Assembly (NCBI GenBank): GCA_951406725.2
Contig: OX597820.1
Span: 105,896,001 to 105,960,000, forward strand
Origin: Octopus vulgaris
Lineage: Eukaryota
Direction of reading: 5' to 3'
DNA length: 64,000 nucleotides
The notes beneath the pieces are model-generated. The model did no database searches. It was not told where the DNA came from and saw only the letters and a list, made by a program, of their open reading frames with translations. Position 1 is the stretch's first letter; the number at the start of each line of letters is the position of its first letter. A program made the translations under genes and the position numbers. This document shows positions 38,890 through 53,115 of the stretch, one piece after another.

Positions 38890-40444
38890 AAAAAACCTGA
38901 AGAACTAACACAAAAAACAAACAAACATGAGGATGTGATACCTGTAAAGTATTAGCCGATGCTCAGGGAAGGAAAGAAAGGTGGTTTTACATTTCGAGCA
39001 AAACTCTTCTTCAGAAACAGGAAAGTCCAATAGGAAAGGAAGATGGAAGAAAAAAATTGCCAACGATTCACATGTGGTTACATTTTGAAATGACTGGAAG
39101 GGAATGGGTGAAAAAAAAAGTTCTTTCTAAGACAGGAGAGTGTAAGGGTAGGCGGTGTGTGGGTATTTGCATGCATGCAAGTCTGTGTGTGTGTAATAGC
39201 ATGTGTGTATGTGTGTGTGGTGTTTGTTTGGCATTGGCTGTTTATATGTGTATGTGTCAGTGAACTTTGTGTCCCTTAATGTTGTCGGAAGAATTCAGCA
39301 GCATGGTAACAGGAGTGGTGGTCATTTGTGTAGTTGTGTGTCTCTTCAGATGTTTTTAGAGAAATGGTCAGTAGAAAGGTATTTGATTGGCACTTTGAAG
39401 TATGTGTGTGTGTGTGCGTGTGTATATATGTATCCACATGTATGTATATGTTGTGTGTATGTTTTGTGTGTAGTGTGTGCATGTGTCTGTGTGTGTAAAT
39501 ATGTGCATGTGTGTGTGTGTATGTACATGGGGTTGTGTGTATGGAGTTATATGTGTGTTCTTGTGTGTATGTATGTGTGTTGTGTTTGTGGGAAGTATGT
39601 GTGTGTGCGTGTATGTATGTGTGTATATGTGTATATGTGTGTGTGTGTATGTGGTGTGGTCTGTGTGTATATGTGTGTGTGTGTGTATGTGTGTGCATGT
39701 GTATATGTGCGTGTGTATATGTGTGTACGTGGGGTTGTGTGTGTGGAGGTATATGTGCATTCTTGTGTGTGTATGTGCATATAGTTGTGTATACATGTGT
39801 GCATGTATGTGTGTGTGCATGGGGTTGTGTATGTTAGGTACGTGTGCATTCCTGTGTGTGTGTGTGCATGTGTGTATGTGCATGTGTATGTGTGTGCATA
39901 TATGTGTGTGTTGTGTGTGTGGGAGGTATATGTGCATTCATTTGTGCACATGTGCATGTATGTTTGCATGTGTGCATATATGTGTGTGTATGTGGGGTTG
40001 CATGTTCGGAGGTATATGTGCATTCCTGTGTGTATGTGCATGTGTGTGCGTGCGTATGTGTGTGTGCACATATGTGCATGTGTGCGTGCATGTATGAGTG
40101 TGTTGTGTGGGAGGTATATGTGCATTCATGTGTGTGCGCATGTGTGCATTTGTGCATATGTATGTGTGCGTGTATACAGAAATAAGAAAAAATATAAGAT
40201 CAATAAAAAAGGGGGAAGGGTACAAGATGTAAAAATTTAAAAATGAATAAAAATTACAAAAATAACAAATACAATAAAAAATTAAAAATAAAATAATTAA
40301 AACTAAGGGGATAAAATAGAAATTAATACAATTAAAACGCTAAAAAATTTGACAGAAAAAAGCAATAAAATATTGGAAAAAGGGTAACAGTGTAAAAAAG
40401 TAAGTGGGTATAAGAGAAGATAAAATAAGATAAATGAAATCAAA

Positions 40445-40475
<31 letters not shown>

Positions 40476-40710
40476 GTATATATATATGTGTGTGTGTGTG
40501 TATATACATGCATATATAGGTACAGGACATCACCAAAGCGCAATAACATGAAATACATAAATGAGAAAAAAATGGAAAACAGGACAAGTAAACACAGAGA
40601 AAGGACCCTTTATCAGTTGTTGGCTGTCTATCTACTCCTCATTTTGAGCATTCAATGACAGTATAAGTCTTCAAAGACAGTTGCTCCCATAAATTCTAAA
40701 ATAAAATTTA
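38890..40710 (-). mobile_element. Degenerate non-autonomous Penelope-like element
   Basis: Hammerhead at 38984-39018. Possible GIY-YIG remnant near 39280-39400 (..STDHFSKNI*RDTQ.., compare DRFxEHLRD). Bounded by TA-rich tracts; the interior is overrun by (TG)-rich repeats. Confidence 0.45.
38984..39018 (-). ncRNA. Minimal type I hammerhead ribozyme motif
   Basis: GTTT CTGAAGA A GAGT TTT GCTC GAAA TG TA AAAC: stem I GTTT/AAAC, 4-bp stem II, and stem III reduced to an A(C>T)GT palindrome. Confidence 0.7.
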
Positions 40711-40724
40711 TATATGCATATGTA

Positions 40725-41933
40725 CGGGGGTTGGACAAAATAATGGAAACACCTTAAAATTCCAAACAAATTAATTTTAATATGGGGTAGGACCGTCTTT
40801 GGATGTAATTACAGCTTGAATTCTATGAGGTATGGACTTGTACAAAGTCTGAATTGTTTCTGAAGGAACTTTTGTCCATTCTTCAGCTAAAACAGTTTCC
40901 AGTTCTTGTAGTAATGATGGTGGAGGATATCAACTCCTTACTTGTTTTTCTAAAATGCACCATAAATATTCAATTATATTGATATCTGGGGACTGTGGTG
41001 GCCAGATATGATGTTCAACTTCACTAGAATGTTCCTTGTGCCATTCAGTAACAACTTTAGCTGTGTGAATTGGTGCATTATCATCGTGAATGATTGCGTT
41101 TCCCTCTGGAAACAGTTCTGCAACCATAGGATCATATAAAATGCTTAAATAGTCTTGACTATTAATTCTGCCATGAAGGGAAACCATTGGGCTGGCGGAT
41201 TTCCAAGATATAGTCCCCCCCCCCCGATCATCACAGATCCTCCTCCATGTTTAACAGTTGGAAGAAGGCAATCTGGGTCAAATACTTCTTTTGACTGTCT
41301 CCACACGTATATTCGGCCGGTGGTTGGAAATAAGGTAAAGGATGACTCATTCAAGAAAATAACATTCTTCCACTACTCTAGGTTTTTACTCCACTCTAAA
41401 CGCATTGCAATCTTTGTTTTTAAAAGTAGTGGTCTTCTGATTGCAGCCCTTCCATGAAATCCAGCTAAGTGCAGCTCCCGGTGAACAGTTTTTGTGGAAA
41501 CTGGGTTCTCGAGGTGGTCATTAAGCTCTGCAGTAATTTTGGGAGCTGTACTTTTGTGATCCTTTCTAACAATTCGTGTAAGAGTCTGACAGGCCCTATC
41601 TGAAAGTTTTGGTTTTCTTCTGGAGTTTTGTTTTGATGAGGAGGTTTTTTTCCCTCTTTCTCAAAGGCTGTCATTACCTTGGAGACATTACTTCTAGATG
41701 CACCAAACATTTTGGCTGTTTTTGTTATGCTAGCGCCTGTTATTTTAATGAATTTTTAATTACTTTTTTCTTATGATATCTGAAAAGAAACAGCAATTTT
41801 AGCAAAACATATTAAGCAACACTAATAATAAATCAAAAAACATAAAAATAAACAAGCTTTTGAGGGTTTTATAGATATTTCAAAATTATGATGCTATGAT
41901 GCTAGGTGTTTCCATTATTTTGTCTAACCCCTG
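40725..41933 (-). mobile_element. Tc1 transposon with both TIRs and a frameshifted DD34E-type transposase
   Basis: TA TSDs; TIR C(A/G)GGGGTT(G/A)GACAAAATAATGGAAACACCT; motifs ESSFTLF, TVKHGGGSVM, HDDNAPIH and WPPQSPDINIIEYLW. Confidence 0.93.
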
Positions 41934-41954
41934 TATGTATAGATAGATATATCA

Positions 41955-42330
41955 AGTCCAGTGACTTTCAGTGTTGTTTTGAGTTGATCTTTGTATCTTT
42001 TCCCTGAATAAGATTTGTAGTAGGGACCTTGACTTTTTCATTCTTGCTACGTGTCCTGACCACCAAAGATGGAGTTTCATGATCTGCAATTTGATGCTTT
42101 GACTGTTGGCTCTTTCCACAACTTTGTTGTTGGTCATGTAGTGTTCCCATTTGATGCTCAAGGAAGCCACCAGAGGAGAAAATGAAAAAATCAAATGACA
42201 GGAGAGAAAGTCTCGACAAAATCAACCTCGTCCTCCCCCCAACATTACCAAGCTGTCAATGCCATTGACTCTTCTATGCAAGATTTGGTCTACTTAATCA
42301 TGAATGCTGTCACCATAAAGGAAACATTCA
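41955..42330 (-). mobile_element. Old RTE/BovB-like LINE fragment
   Basis: IKWEHYMTNNKVVERA...LWWSGHVARM in ORF 41952-42194. Confidence 0.55.
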
Positions 42331-42465
42331 GTAAAGGAGAAACTAAATTCTTGGATATGAGATAAAGCCAATGGATATATATATGTATGTATAAATATAT
42401 ATATATATATATATATATAAATGTACTTTTTTCATTGATCTTACAATCATGGAACAGTTCATTGT

Positions 42466-42503
<38 letters not shown>

Positions 42504-43239
42504 ATGTACTTTGGTGTATATGCATTTGTGTGTATCATCATCATCATCATCATCATCATCGTTTAACGGATGCTAAACGATGATGATGATGATGATGATG
42601 ATGTTAGCATCTACTTGTCTTGGTACATAACTGTCACTATCATTAAAAAGGTATTCTGTGTTTCCAATCTTCTATGAAAATATGTTCAGTATGGGGAAAT
42701 ATTTCCTTGCTTGGAAACAAGTGAGGTTTGGCAGCAAGAAGTGTGTCCAACCATAGAAAATCTGCCTTAAGGAATTCCATCTGACTCAGACAAGTATGTA
42801 AATGTTGATGATAAAATGAAGATGAGTGATGATACAGATATACACACACACAGATATATAAAAAAAATATACACTCACATATGCACACACAAATACAGAT
42901 ATATATAACACAAACACTCCCCTATAGCTTTCTTAATTACATTGCTTGCTTATCTTTCAACTTCAGTAATTCCTCCTGCTAAGTAATAGTTCACAACAAA
43001 CAAAAATCTTTGTATATTATCACTGTAATTATTATATAGGTAGTGAGCTGGCAGAATCATTAGGATGCTGAACAAAACGCTTAGTGGCATTTCTTCTGGC
43101 TTTATATTCCAAGTTCAAATTCTGCTGAACTTGACTTTGTCTTTCATGCTTTTGGGGTCAATAAAATAAGTAATGGGTTGATAAAATCAACTAGCCCCCT
43201 CATCCAGTATTTCAGGCCTTATACCTATAGTAGAAAGGA

Positions 43240-45600
43240 TTATTATTATTATTTCTCTTTATTACAAGTTTTGTCAGAGCTCCTGGAGTCTTACATGTGT
43301 AGCGGGCTTGCTACGTGCAGCCTATCCATTCTTTTCAGCCATCTAATACTTTATTGATTATTCTGGCTGTGCCAAGGAGACAAACCTTTTGTAACAGTTC
43401 TACTGGGCACTCTATTCCAATTTCCTTTATATTCCCTTGATGCCTTCTGATACTGATCCAAAGGACCCAACAATAATTGGCACTATCTTCACCTTCTTCA
43501 TTTTCCATAGTCGAGTTAATTTGTACTTAAGAGGGTTGTATTTATCTTTTTGTCTTCCTTTTTAACTATTTATGAGTCAAAGAGACATGCAACATCAACT
43601 GTATAGCATATGTATTGCATCTTTTCCACCACCACTAAGTCCAGCCTGTTATGCTCTAACACCTGATCTGTTTGGATTGGGAAATCCTAGAGGATTTTGC
43701 AAGTTTCCAACTCTGCTACTGTCTGTGGTTTATGCTCATACCATGTTTTGCCTCTCTCTAGCCTCCACTTTTTCTTGTATTGGTTCTGGGCAAGTCTAGG
43801 ATATTCGTTCATGATATGGGCAATGGTTTCATCCAATCTATTGCAGATGCAGCACAGCGAAGACATTTGCTCATTCCTAAGGCTCTTGGCCAAAGCTTGG
43901 ACTTGCACTACAAGTATAGTGCTCTTGGTTTCTTTTTTTAGTGTTTCTCTCATCAGCCAATCCCATCTGTTTTTTCCAGCAACTTCTGTTGTGGCTGCAT
44001 GAAACTGACTGTGTAGTTCCTTCTGGCGTAATTCTTCTTCATCTCCTTTTTGCACTTCTTCCTTTGTTTTTCCTTTTTTCTCTGCTTTCAATACTCCCTT
44101 ATTCCTAACTGTCACTAGTAAGGTTTTCTTATTTGGGCTAGGTATCTCATTGAGCTCTCGAGTTTGATATGTATGCAGTCTTACACACTTATCAGCCATC
44201 TTCCTCCATTTGCTCTCTTCATGTATAAGCAATCAGTGTCCACATGCATCATTAGAAGCCTTTTTGACTTCCTGTCCGTCTCCTTTAGCTCCTCCTCTGT
44301 CCACTTCAGGATTCCAGTGCCATATCAAACTACTGCAACTATGCACAAGTTTATTGCTGATATTATGTTCCTGGCATTTGAAGCTTTGAAGCCAATATTA
44401 TTGTCACTCGCTGCAGGTATTTGTAGCTGGATTGAATTGTCTTCATCATTTCACCACTTGGCAATCATATATCTTCTGTTCTGAAAAACTTTCCTCGTCT
44501 CATCACTATTGTAGCACATTTTGAGAATCCAATCTCCATCTTAATATCATTGGAGAAAATCTGCACAGAGTGGACTAGGGTGTCCAGTTCTGCCTCAGTT
44601 TTTGTGAATAGCTTCAGGTCGTCCATTAATAGCAAGTGGTTTGGTTTTCCCTTTCCTCTTCCCAGATCATACCCTAACTTTGTTTTCTGTACTATTTCAC
44701 TCAAGGGGATCATTCCCACCATGAAGATCATTGAGAACACACTGTCCCCTGAAAGATACTTCTCTTGATTTTCACCTGTCCTAATACTTGATTTTTCTGG
44801 TGTCAATTCCGTTCTCCAGCATTTCATGCTATTCCATATAAGGCTTGGCTTCTCATATTTTCTGCTATTCCATACATTTCCTTTGTATATATTATCCAGG
44901 AGTGTGGTATCATATTGTATGCTTTACAATAGTCAACCCATGCCATGCTCAGGTTTGTGTGTCCTCTTTTGCAGTTCCTGATAATTAGATTATCAATTAA
45001 GAGTTGATCCTTCATTCCCCAGCTCCTCTTTCAGCACCCTTTCTGTTCAATAGGTAGCAGCCCATTGTTTCTAGATATCTATATAGTTCATTGGCCAACA
45101 CACCTGACATTAGTTTCCACATTAGCAGAAGTCACGATTATTGGTCTAAAGCAGGATCCTTGGCTCACAACAATGTCTGTCTCTTTGTCATCCAGCTGGG
45201 TACTGCACCTTTCTGCAAGCAGTCATCTAGCTGTTGTGCTATCCTTTCATGTAGTCCTCTCAGCTTCTTCATCCAGTAACCTGAATTTCCCATCTACTCA
45301 ATCTATCAACTTGTCCTAAATGGCTTTTTAACTTTGTTTCTCACAAATTCGTCTCTTATCCAATTCTATCTGCAACAACCTTAGCTGCAGCCCAAATAAT
45401 CTTATTAGTTTCAGTTATAATTCTCGTCTGGAATAGCCCAACAACTGAATCTATCTTTATGGTTTCAGCTTTGAGCTTGCGTCAATCAATGTACCTCAAA
45501 TTGGGGGGGTGCTTGATCCTGGTCTTCTCTAATATATCGGTTCAGAATCCTCACTATATCTTGTTGGCCATCATCGTATTCTTGTGTTATAGCTCTTCCT
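43240..45600 (-). mobile_element. Degenerate R4/Dong-clade LINE (RT + CCHC + REL endonuclease)
   Basis: [44 protein letters not shown]...ETIAHI, KIL*DFPIQTD..LEHNR, VPIIVG and LLGTARII motifs occur in order; (AAT)n at the 3' end. Confidence 0.88.
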
Positions 45601-45619
45601 ATTACTTCTGCTTTATTTG

Positions 45620-45655
<36 letters not shown>

Positions 45656-46355
45656 TATAATAGACTTTTGATAGTTGGTTAAAGCTGTTATTTAATGGTT
45701 TCGTGTCAAAAAATGGAGAGGTAAATTTAGCAATCATTGAGTATGGCTAAGTGTATAAGCATGGCTTGGGTTCCTTTTTTGTTAAAGGCTACACAAGATA
45801 ACAAATTTTGCATTAAACCATGTCTGATAAAGTGCAGGCATGGCTGTGTGGTTAAAAAGTTTGTTTCTCAACCACATGGTTTCAGGTTCAGTCCCATCTT
45901 ATGCCTTTTATTTTAGTGCCTTGTACTGGGCACATTTCTGGTATGACTTTGTGGTCTTCAAGGGTTGTTAGGATTTGCCAATACTTTTTGGCACCACCCA
46001 CCCCTTACTATATGCCACTTTTTGTTAACTCTACTTCCCCCCTTCTCCATATTGAAATACAAAAGCCACTATTAGCCATGGGTTTATGTCATTTCCAGTG
46101 TCTTTTAGTGTCACTCTTATATTTCTTTGACTCATTCTCTTGGGCACAAATGTAAGGGTTAGAGGTATGTCTGACAATTCAGCCTGTGTTTGGCCAAGGT
46201 TTCATTTTCAAAGATACAGCAGATAGTGCCATAACATTTGTGTTTTTTTCATTTCAGAGGATTCCTTGTTAAAATTTGAACTCAGAATGTAAAGAACAAT
46301 AAGCATTTTGTCTGGCATACTAATGATTCTGTATGATTGTCATCCTAGTAATAAT

Positions 46356-46388
<33 letters not shown>

Positions 46389-47541
46389 AATAATAATAAA
46401 GGAAGGCAGCGAGCTGGCAGAAACATTAGCATGCCGGGCGAAATGCTTAGCAGTATTTCGTCTGCTGTTATGTTTTAAGTTCAAATTCCGCCAAGGTCAA
46501 CTTTGCCTTTCATCCTTTCGGGGTCAATAAATTAAGTACCAGTTACTCACTGGGGTCAATGTAATCGACTTAATCCCTTTGTCTGTCCTTGTTTGTCCTC
46601 TCTATGTTTAGCCCCTTGGTGGGCAATAAAGAATTAATAATAATAATAGTAATAATAATAATAATAAATCTTTGTAAGTTTGCTACAAGGCCAGCAGTTT
46701 TGAGGGGAAGGGTAAGTTGATTACACTGAACCTAGTGCAGAACTGGTTCTTATTTTATTGACCCTGAAAGGACAAAAAGTAAAGTCAACCTTAGCAGGAT
46801 TTGAACTCAGAATGTAAAGAACTGGAAAAAAAAGACCACAAAGCATTTTGTCCAGCACCATAAAGATTCAACCAGCTTGACATCTAATAATAGTAATAAT
46901 GATAATAATAACAATGTTTTCTGATTAAAGGCATAGGCGCAGCAATTTTGGGCAGAGGTTAGTCAGTTACATCCACTTCAGCACTCAAGTGGTTCTTTAA
47001 TTTACTGACCCCAGAAGTTGGCTTCAGCAAAGTTGGCCTCAGCAAAATTTGAACTCAGGACATAAAGAATCAGAACAAATACTTTTGCCCCAACATGTCA
47101 CACATTGGGACTGAACCCAAAACCATCTGGTTGGTAAGCAAATCCCTCAACCACATAGCCATGCCTGTACCTATCTAGTTTACCAGCTAAAATTAAGAAG
47201 GATATATTGAATAATGTAAGGCATGGCTGGAATATCTTGATCATAGGTCTGTTTGATCAGAACTGACCTAGGGTTAAACAACAGCAACACTGACATCATT
47301 GAAGATGGAAGGAAAGATGTAAAAAATGGTTGAAGTAGAATAATGAAGGTGTTTTTGATGGTGGATGGTAGAATTTCTCAATGTTGGATCCGTGCTGCTT
47401 TACATAATCTACTGTTACAGTCACATCTGTTGATTTGGTTCTTTTTAATTGGCACTGCTTCTAAATGCTCTTGCCAACTCAACTTCTAAACAGATAAAGT
47501 AATATCATACATACATACATACATACATGCATGAATGTGTT

Positions 47542-47574
<33 letters not shown>

Positions 47575-47575
47575 A

Positions 47576-47623
<48 letters not shown>

Positions 47624-49132
47624 CAGTGAGAGAGAGAAGGGTTAGTCCATACATATATGCATATATACATGTATATGTATGTGTGTGTGTATATATATTT
47701 ACATATATATATATATATATACATGTCTGTTTATCTCTCTTTATCTGTAAACACATACACCCAAACATACACACACACACATCCATGTATGTGCTTGTTT
47801 ATATTATACTTGCATGTGTGTGTATATGTATGTATGTATATATATATATATATATATTACATATATACACATGCATACACATGCTCACACACACACACAC
47901 ATGTATATCTTTTCCTTTCTTGTTCTCCAAGCCAGTGGGGAAATATGATCAGGCTGAATACCTCCTTCTGTGAACATTCACCCACTCACATAACATAGCT
48001 TTTCTTGTTAATTGGTTTATTTGCTCGTTTAGAACATTCCCCTACCTGTAACTTTTGCTTCTCATGTCTGGGAAAATGTAATTTGAAATGTTTGAAAATG
48101 TATGTTTAGACAGAAGAATTCATTGCAATATATTCTACCAATTCTGTTTGCAAGAACCAACTGTTTGAATATAATCTAGTGAAAGAATATTACATGAATG
48201 TACTCGAATTCATTAAAACAACCAGCAACTTTCTATGCCAAGGAAATCCTTGATGCACTTAGTTCTAGGTGTCATGTTTCAACAGGATGTATTGTAGCTT
48301 TGCAGATACAATAGCTCTGGAAGTTCAATACCTTTGGAGGCACAAAAACTTTGGAGGTTCTATGGTCAGCAAATTGTAGTTGCAGCCAGTGTTGCTAAAG
48401 AAGAGTTTTTTTTTCTCCAAGATAGTTTTAATATTAGTATAGTTCTTGAATTTTGGTTATTTGAAGAACTTGCTGAAAATAGTAAAGGTGGACACTCCAG
48501 GGAAAGTAGAAAAATTTGATGATAATTATTAGAGATATTTCATAAACTTATATGTAGAAAAGAACACCACAGTGCTGTATCTGGCCTTTCCCGATGAGTG
48601 GCATTTAATTCCTTGTCTTCTTTTGTTTGTTGGCATCAGACTTTGGTCATATATGTAATTACACTGAATTGTAGAAGACAATTAAGAAGCTGTTGAGTTA
48701 GGAGTACTTCCCCCCCCCCCCCAATTGATATATTCATCAACATCATACTACAATCAGTGGTAATGATAGCATGTTTGTGCTTCTTTGTTACTTATAGGGT
48801 TTTAATTCTGCTCTAGAATGGTATGATAGGTTTGTTGTGTGTCTGGGTGTATTAAGAATATATTACATTAAGCAATTTTGTGACTAAATTCTAATGAAAT
48901 AAACTAAATATTTGTTTCATTTAATTTTTAAAATAACCAAGAATTTTGAAAGATTTTGTAAAATAGCAATTTTTCATGGTTAAAATCATGTCTGAAACAT
49001 AACTTAACAAAAGTTTTTTTCATAAATTTAAATACAAACTCTTTAAAACAGGTTGGCATCAAATAATTGAATTTTTAAAGGATGAGAACTGTTAAAGGTA
49101 GGCTTAGAATATATTCAAGGCATTGCATAATG

Positions 49133-49330
49133 CAGTCGTTCTCAATGGGAGCCATAAGGCCCTCTTGGAGACCTTTGCTTACTTTAAGGAAGTGAGGTAC
49201 TGTCTACTAGTTTGTGTTGTATTAGTGCGGTCAGTGGAAGAAATTCACAGTTGTTTCACAGGAGATCCTTAGGAACCTGAGAAGAGTTCCAAAGGGAGCC
49301 ATGACCAAAAATGACTGATAATGGCTTTCT
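49133..49330. mobile_element. Possible hAT-derived MITE
   Basis: Begins CAGTCGTTCTCAA, resembling hAT-Charlie ends; the other end is degenerate. Confidence 0.3.
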
Positions 49331-51895
49331 TAATGCAAACACGAGGAAGAAACAACTGCATTAGTTTTATTAAAACAAATGATAGATAACATGGCTGTTA
49401 GGACAACACTAAAGATGTCCTTGCAGCTTGGGATAAGGTGAGTCTCATAGATGAAATAAATGCCCCCAATTTACAAATATAGTCAGCAGTTTTCAGGGGA
49501 GGGAATCAGTTGATACTATTGACCCTAGTATTTGATTTTTACTTTATTTTATTGACCCTGAAGATATGAAAGCAAGGTTGATCTCAGTGGGATTTGAATT
49601 TAGAATGAGAATAGAGCTGTAACACATATTGTACAGGATTTTCCCCCAGTGCTCTAATATCATCATCATCATTATCATCATCACCATCACCACCACCACC
49701 GTCGACCATATCATCATCATCATCCTCTTTTAACATCTGGCTTTCATGCTGGCATGGGTTGGATGAGTTGACAGGATCTGATGGATCTGAAAACTGCATT
49801 GTACTTTAACATCTGCCATAGTATGTTTCTACGGATGGATTCCTTTCTTAACATCAGCAACATTACAGAGTATACTGGATGCTTTTTCTTGTGATACTAG
49901 TACCAGTGAAGTCGTTATATACCTTGCATGATTAAGATCCCTTTTGACTGAGTGGGGCTACAATAGAGTCCTAATTTACCCACCTCACAGGTGAAACAAT
50001 AAGAGCAAAACAAAAAGAAAAAAAGAAAAAGCAAAAAAACTGGAGGCTAAGCTGCTAAGTTCTAAGCGCATCTAACCAATGACTGTATTAAAAATATATT
50101 TAGATGCATGGTAAGAACAATGATAACAACAATAAAAAAACAATGATGATGAGGTAGAGAAGGAAAGAGGTGAGCTTCCTCTTTTAAAGTGATGTAAATC
50201 AAAACCTTCCATCAAAAATTTCATGTTAAATTATTTTCCAAACTCCAGCTTAATAATGTCAGAGTTATTTAATTAAATTTGGCACCTTCTGTAAGTGCCT
50301 TCTACTATAGCCTTGGGCCAACCAAAGCTTTGTGAGTGGATTTGGTTGACAGAAAGTGAAAGAAGCCTGTTGTATATATATATATATATGTGTGTGTGTG
50401 ATTTGTGTATGTGTTTGTCCCCCCATCACCACTTGACAACTGGTGTTGGTGTGTTTATGTCCCCATAACTTAGCAGTTGGGCAAAAGCAAGCCAATAGAA
50501 TAAGTACTAGGCTTGCAAAAAATAAGTCCTGCGGTTGCTTTGTTCAACTGCATTCAAATGACAGAAGCGAGTAAAAGAATAAAAGAATGCTTCTGAAATT
50601 AATTGAATCAAATGCAGTATTGATTGAAAGAAATATGGTGAAGCAATAGGAGCCATAACACTCAGTTGTGTCATTAGCAACTCAGATCTCATTGAATCCC
50701 AAATCTCAAGAAAGATCTAGAAATTACTGAAGAAGGAAGTAGATTTCATTAACAGACAGAAAGCTGTGAAAGCTATGTGTGGGAGTGGAGCCGGCGGGGA
50801 CTGGAATGCAGAGAGAAGGCTGAGCCACCTAAAGTTACCTAACTTATTTGGCTGATGTGTTACAAGTTAGGTTGATTACGAAAAAATAGATAATGTTGAT
50901 GATGGTGTTGATGTTATATAACTGTGAATAATGTATTAATGATTACTTTGTTTCATTGTAATATTATCTTAAATATCATATCATCAACTATATATTCACA
51001 CGCACAAATAAATATGCATCTATGCAGATGTCTGTGTATATATTTCTGTTCCCTTCTTCTATGTATTTGTACATATGTACATCACTGACGCTTATTCACT
51101 AACTCTTACGTCACAGTGATATCTTGTAGAAAATAAATTGCCCCCCTCTCCTTTAGCAGTTCAGTTTATTCCAATTATTTGGTTTCTAGCAACCAAACAT
51201 TTGCGAATTATTTTTCACCAACTTCCTTCCTCTTTTTCTACACAACTTCCAGTAACCAAATTCCAGTTATTTATAGATAAACATTTTCTAGAGACTATGA
51301 TGTCTTCAACTAAATTACAGTAAAAAACCCGTTCACTTTGTATTGGCAGCTACCTATCCTATTATCCTTCAAGAGGTTTGCCAGCTGCTTCCTTCATAGG
51401 AGAAACAAGTGGGGTGATATTGGCCTTGGCAGAGGTGATGGTGGTGTTGGTGGTGTTAATGACAGCAGTATTAGAAGGTGGCGATGGTGACGATGGGTGG
51501 TAGGGATATTAGCAATAATTCTGATGGTAGCGGTGGTGGTGAGGATATTAAAAGTAATAGTGCTATTGAGATGTGAGGGGTGATGGTCATTAGTTTCTGT
51601 ATTTTTCTTTCTTTTTTTTTTTCTTTTTGCTGTCAAAAATAAACACAAGATTGATAATTTTTCTTTTTAATGAACAAAACAATATTGAGTTTGTGGTGTT
51701 TATTTTTTAAATCATTTTTGTCATTTTCTTTTTTGTGCACTTTTCCTGCCAATAGAATTTCCTTTCTGGAAATCTGTTCTTCATGGCATTTAAATGTGTG
51801 TATATACATGAGTGTACCTACATATATAAATAACTACATTTATATTCAAGTATACATGTAGACATATATATGTGTGTGTGCTAATGTGTATGTAG

Positions 51896-51931
<36 letters not shown>

Positions 51932-51998
51932 GCAAGTATATATATATGCATGTATATATGTGTGTGCATGTGTGTATATATGTATGTGTGTGCATATA

Positions 51999-52037
<39 letters not shown>

Positions 52038-52042
<5 letters not shown>

Positions 52043-52358
52043 GAAAATGAGACAATGCTAAAATAATTTTATCATGAAGAACATTTTAGTACCAGTTTCA
52101 GTCATTGTGACTTTTTCAAGAGTAAAAACAGAGACAGGCAGAAAAAAGGAAAATGTCCCTTGCATTTGAAAAACTATGGATATAATTTTTTTTAAAAACA
52201 TTTCATTTCATTTTTCCACAATTTGGCTTTCATACTTTACTCTAAGTTGAAAAAGTTGCAATGACTGAAATGTTCTTCATGATAAAATTATTTTAGCATT
52301 TTCTACTTTGTCTTATTTTCCTTATACATATCAACCCGTGTGCTCCTTTTCAACCTTC

Positions 52359-52360
<2 letters not shown>
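52038..52360. mobile_element. Fold-back element with U3-A8 hammerhead-like motifs, in (TA)n
   Basis: Arms at about 52038-52126 / 52236-52325. The minus strand at 52119-52085 reads TTGAAAA AGTCA CAA TGACT GAAA CTGG TA CTAAA. One-sided tail. Confidence 0.6.
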
Positions 52361-52449
<89 letters not shown>

Positions 52450-52891
52450 TTATCTTTATATCAAGTTATATATAAAAATAATTCAACATTAAACTGAAAG
52501 CTTATTCAATGCTTTTTAGCAGAGTACATGTTAACTTTTACAAGGAAAAGTAAGCTGCATCTTAGATGTTCCAGCATGTTTGCCTTTGTCAACTGCAATA
52601 TGGTTGAATTTTTCTCATTCATCATACCCTTAGCTTAACCTTCTACATAATTTCTCTATGTAGTGGGGTCATTCCTTTATGACCCCTTTTTACACTTATA
52701 CCTTAACTTCCACTTGATGGCTCCTTTCCAGTCATCCTGATTAAAGATAACGTACTACACACTACATGTGACTTTAAAAGAGAAAGTTTGTCTCATAGAA
52801 CCTGGGGCAGTCTCAGGTAGGTTGATATTAAAGGAGTTAATTATCTAAAATTCTCTACCAGCACATATTGTCAATTGAAAATCAGATGGTA

Positions 52892-53115
52892 TTAACCTTT
52901 TGGCATTTAAACTGGTCATATCTGGCCAAAATATTCTCTTTGTTTTATGTTCAAACTGGCCAGATCTAGCCTCTCACACCTACCCTACAATGTCATTCAA
53001 AGAATAACAATCATGTCATCAAAATCTCAAAAGCTATGAGATAATGCATGATTAATTCAAAAGAATGTGAATAAATAAGCATTATATTTGAATTATATGA
53101 ACACTGAAGAGTTAA
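52892..53115. mobile_element. piggyBac-like MITE family 1
   Basis: TTAA|CCTTTT...AAGAG|TTAA. Related copies at about 2135-2275 and 30424-30640. Confidence 0.6.
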
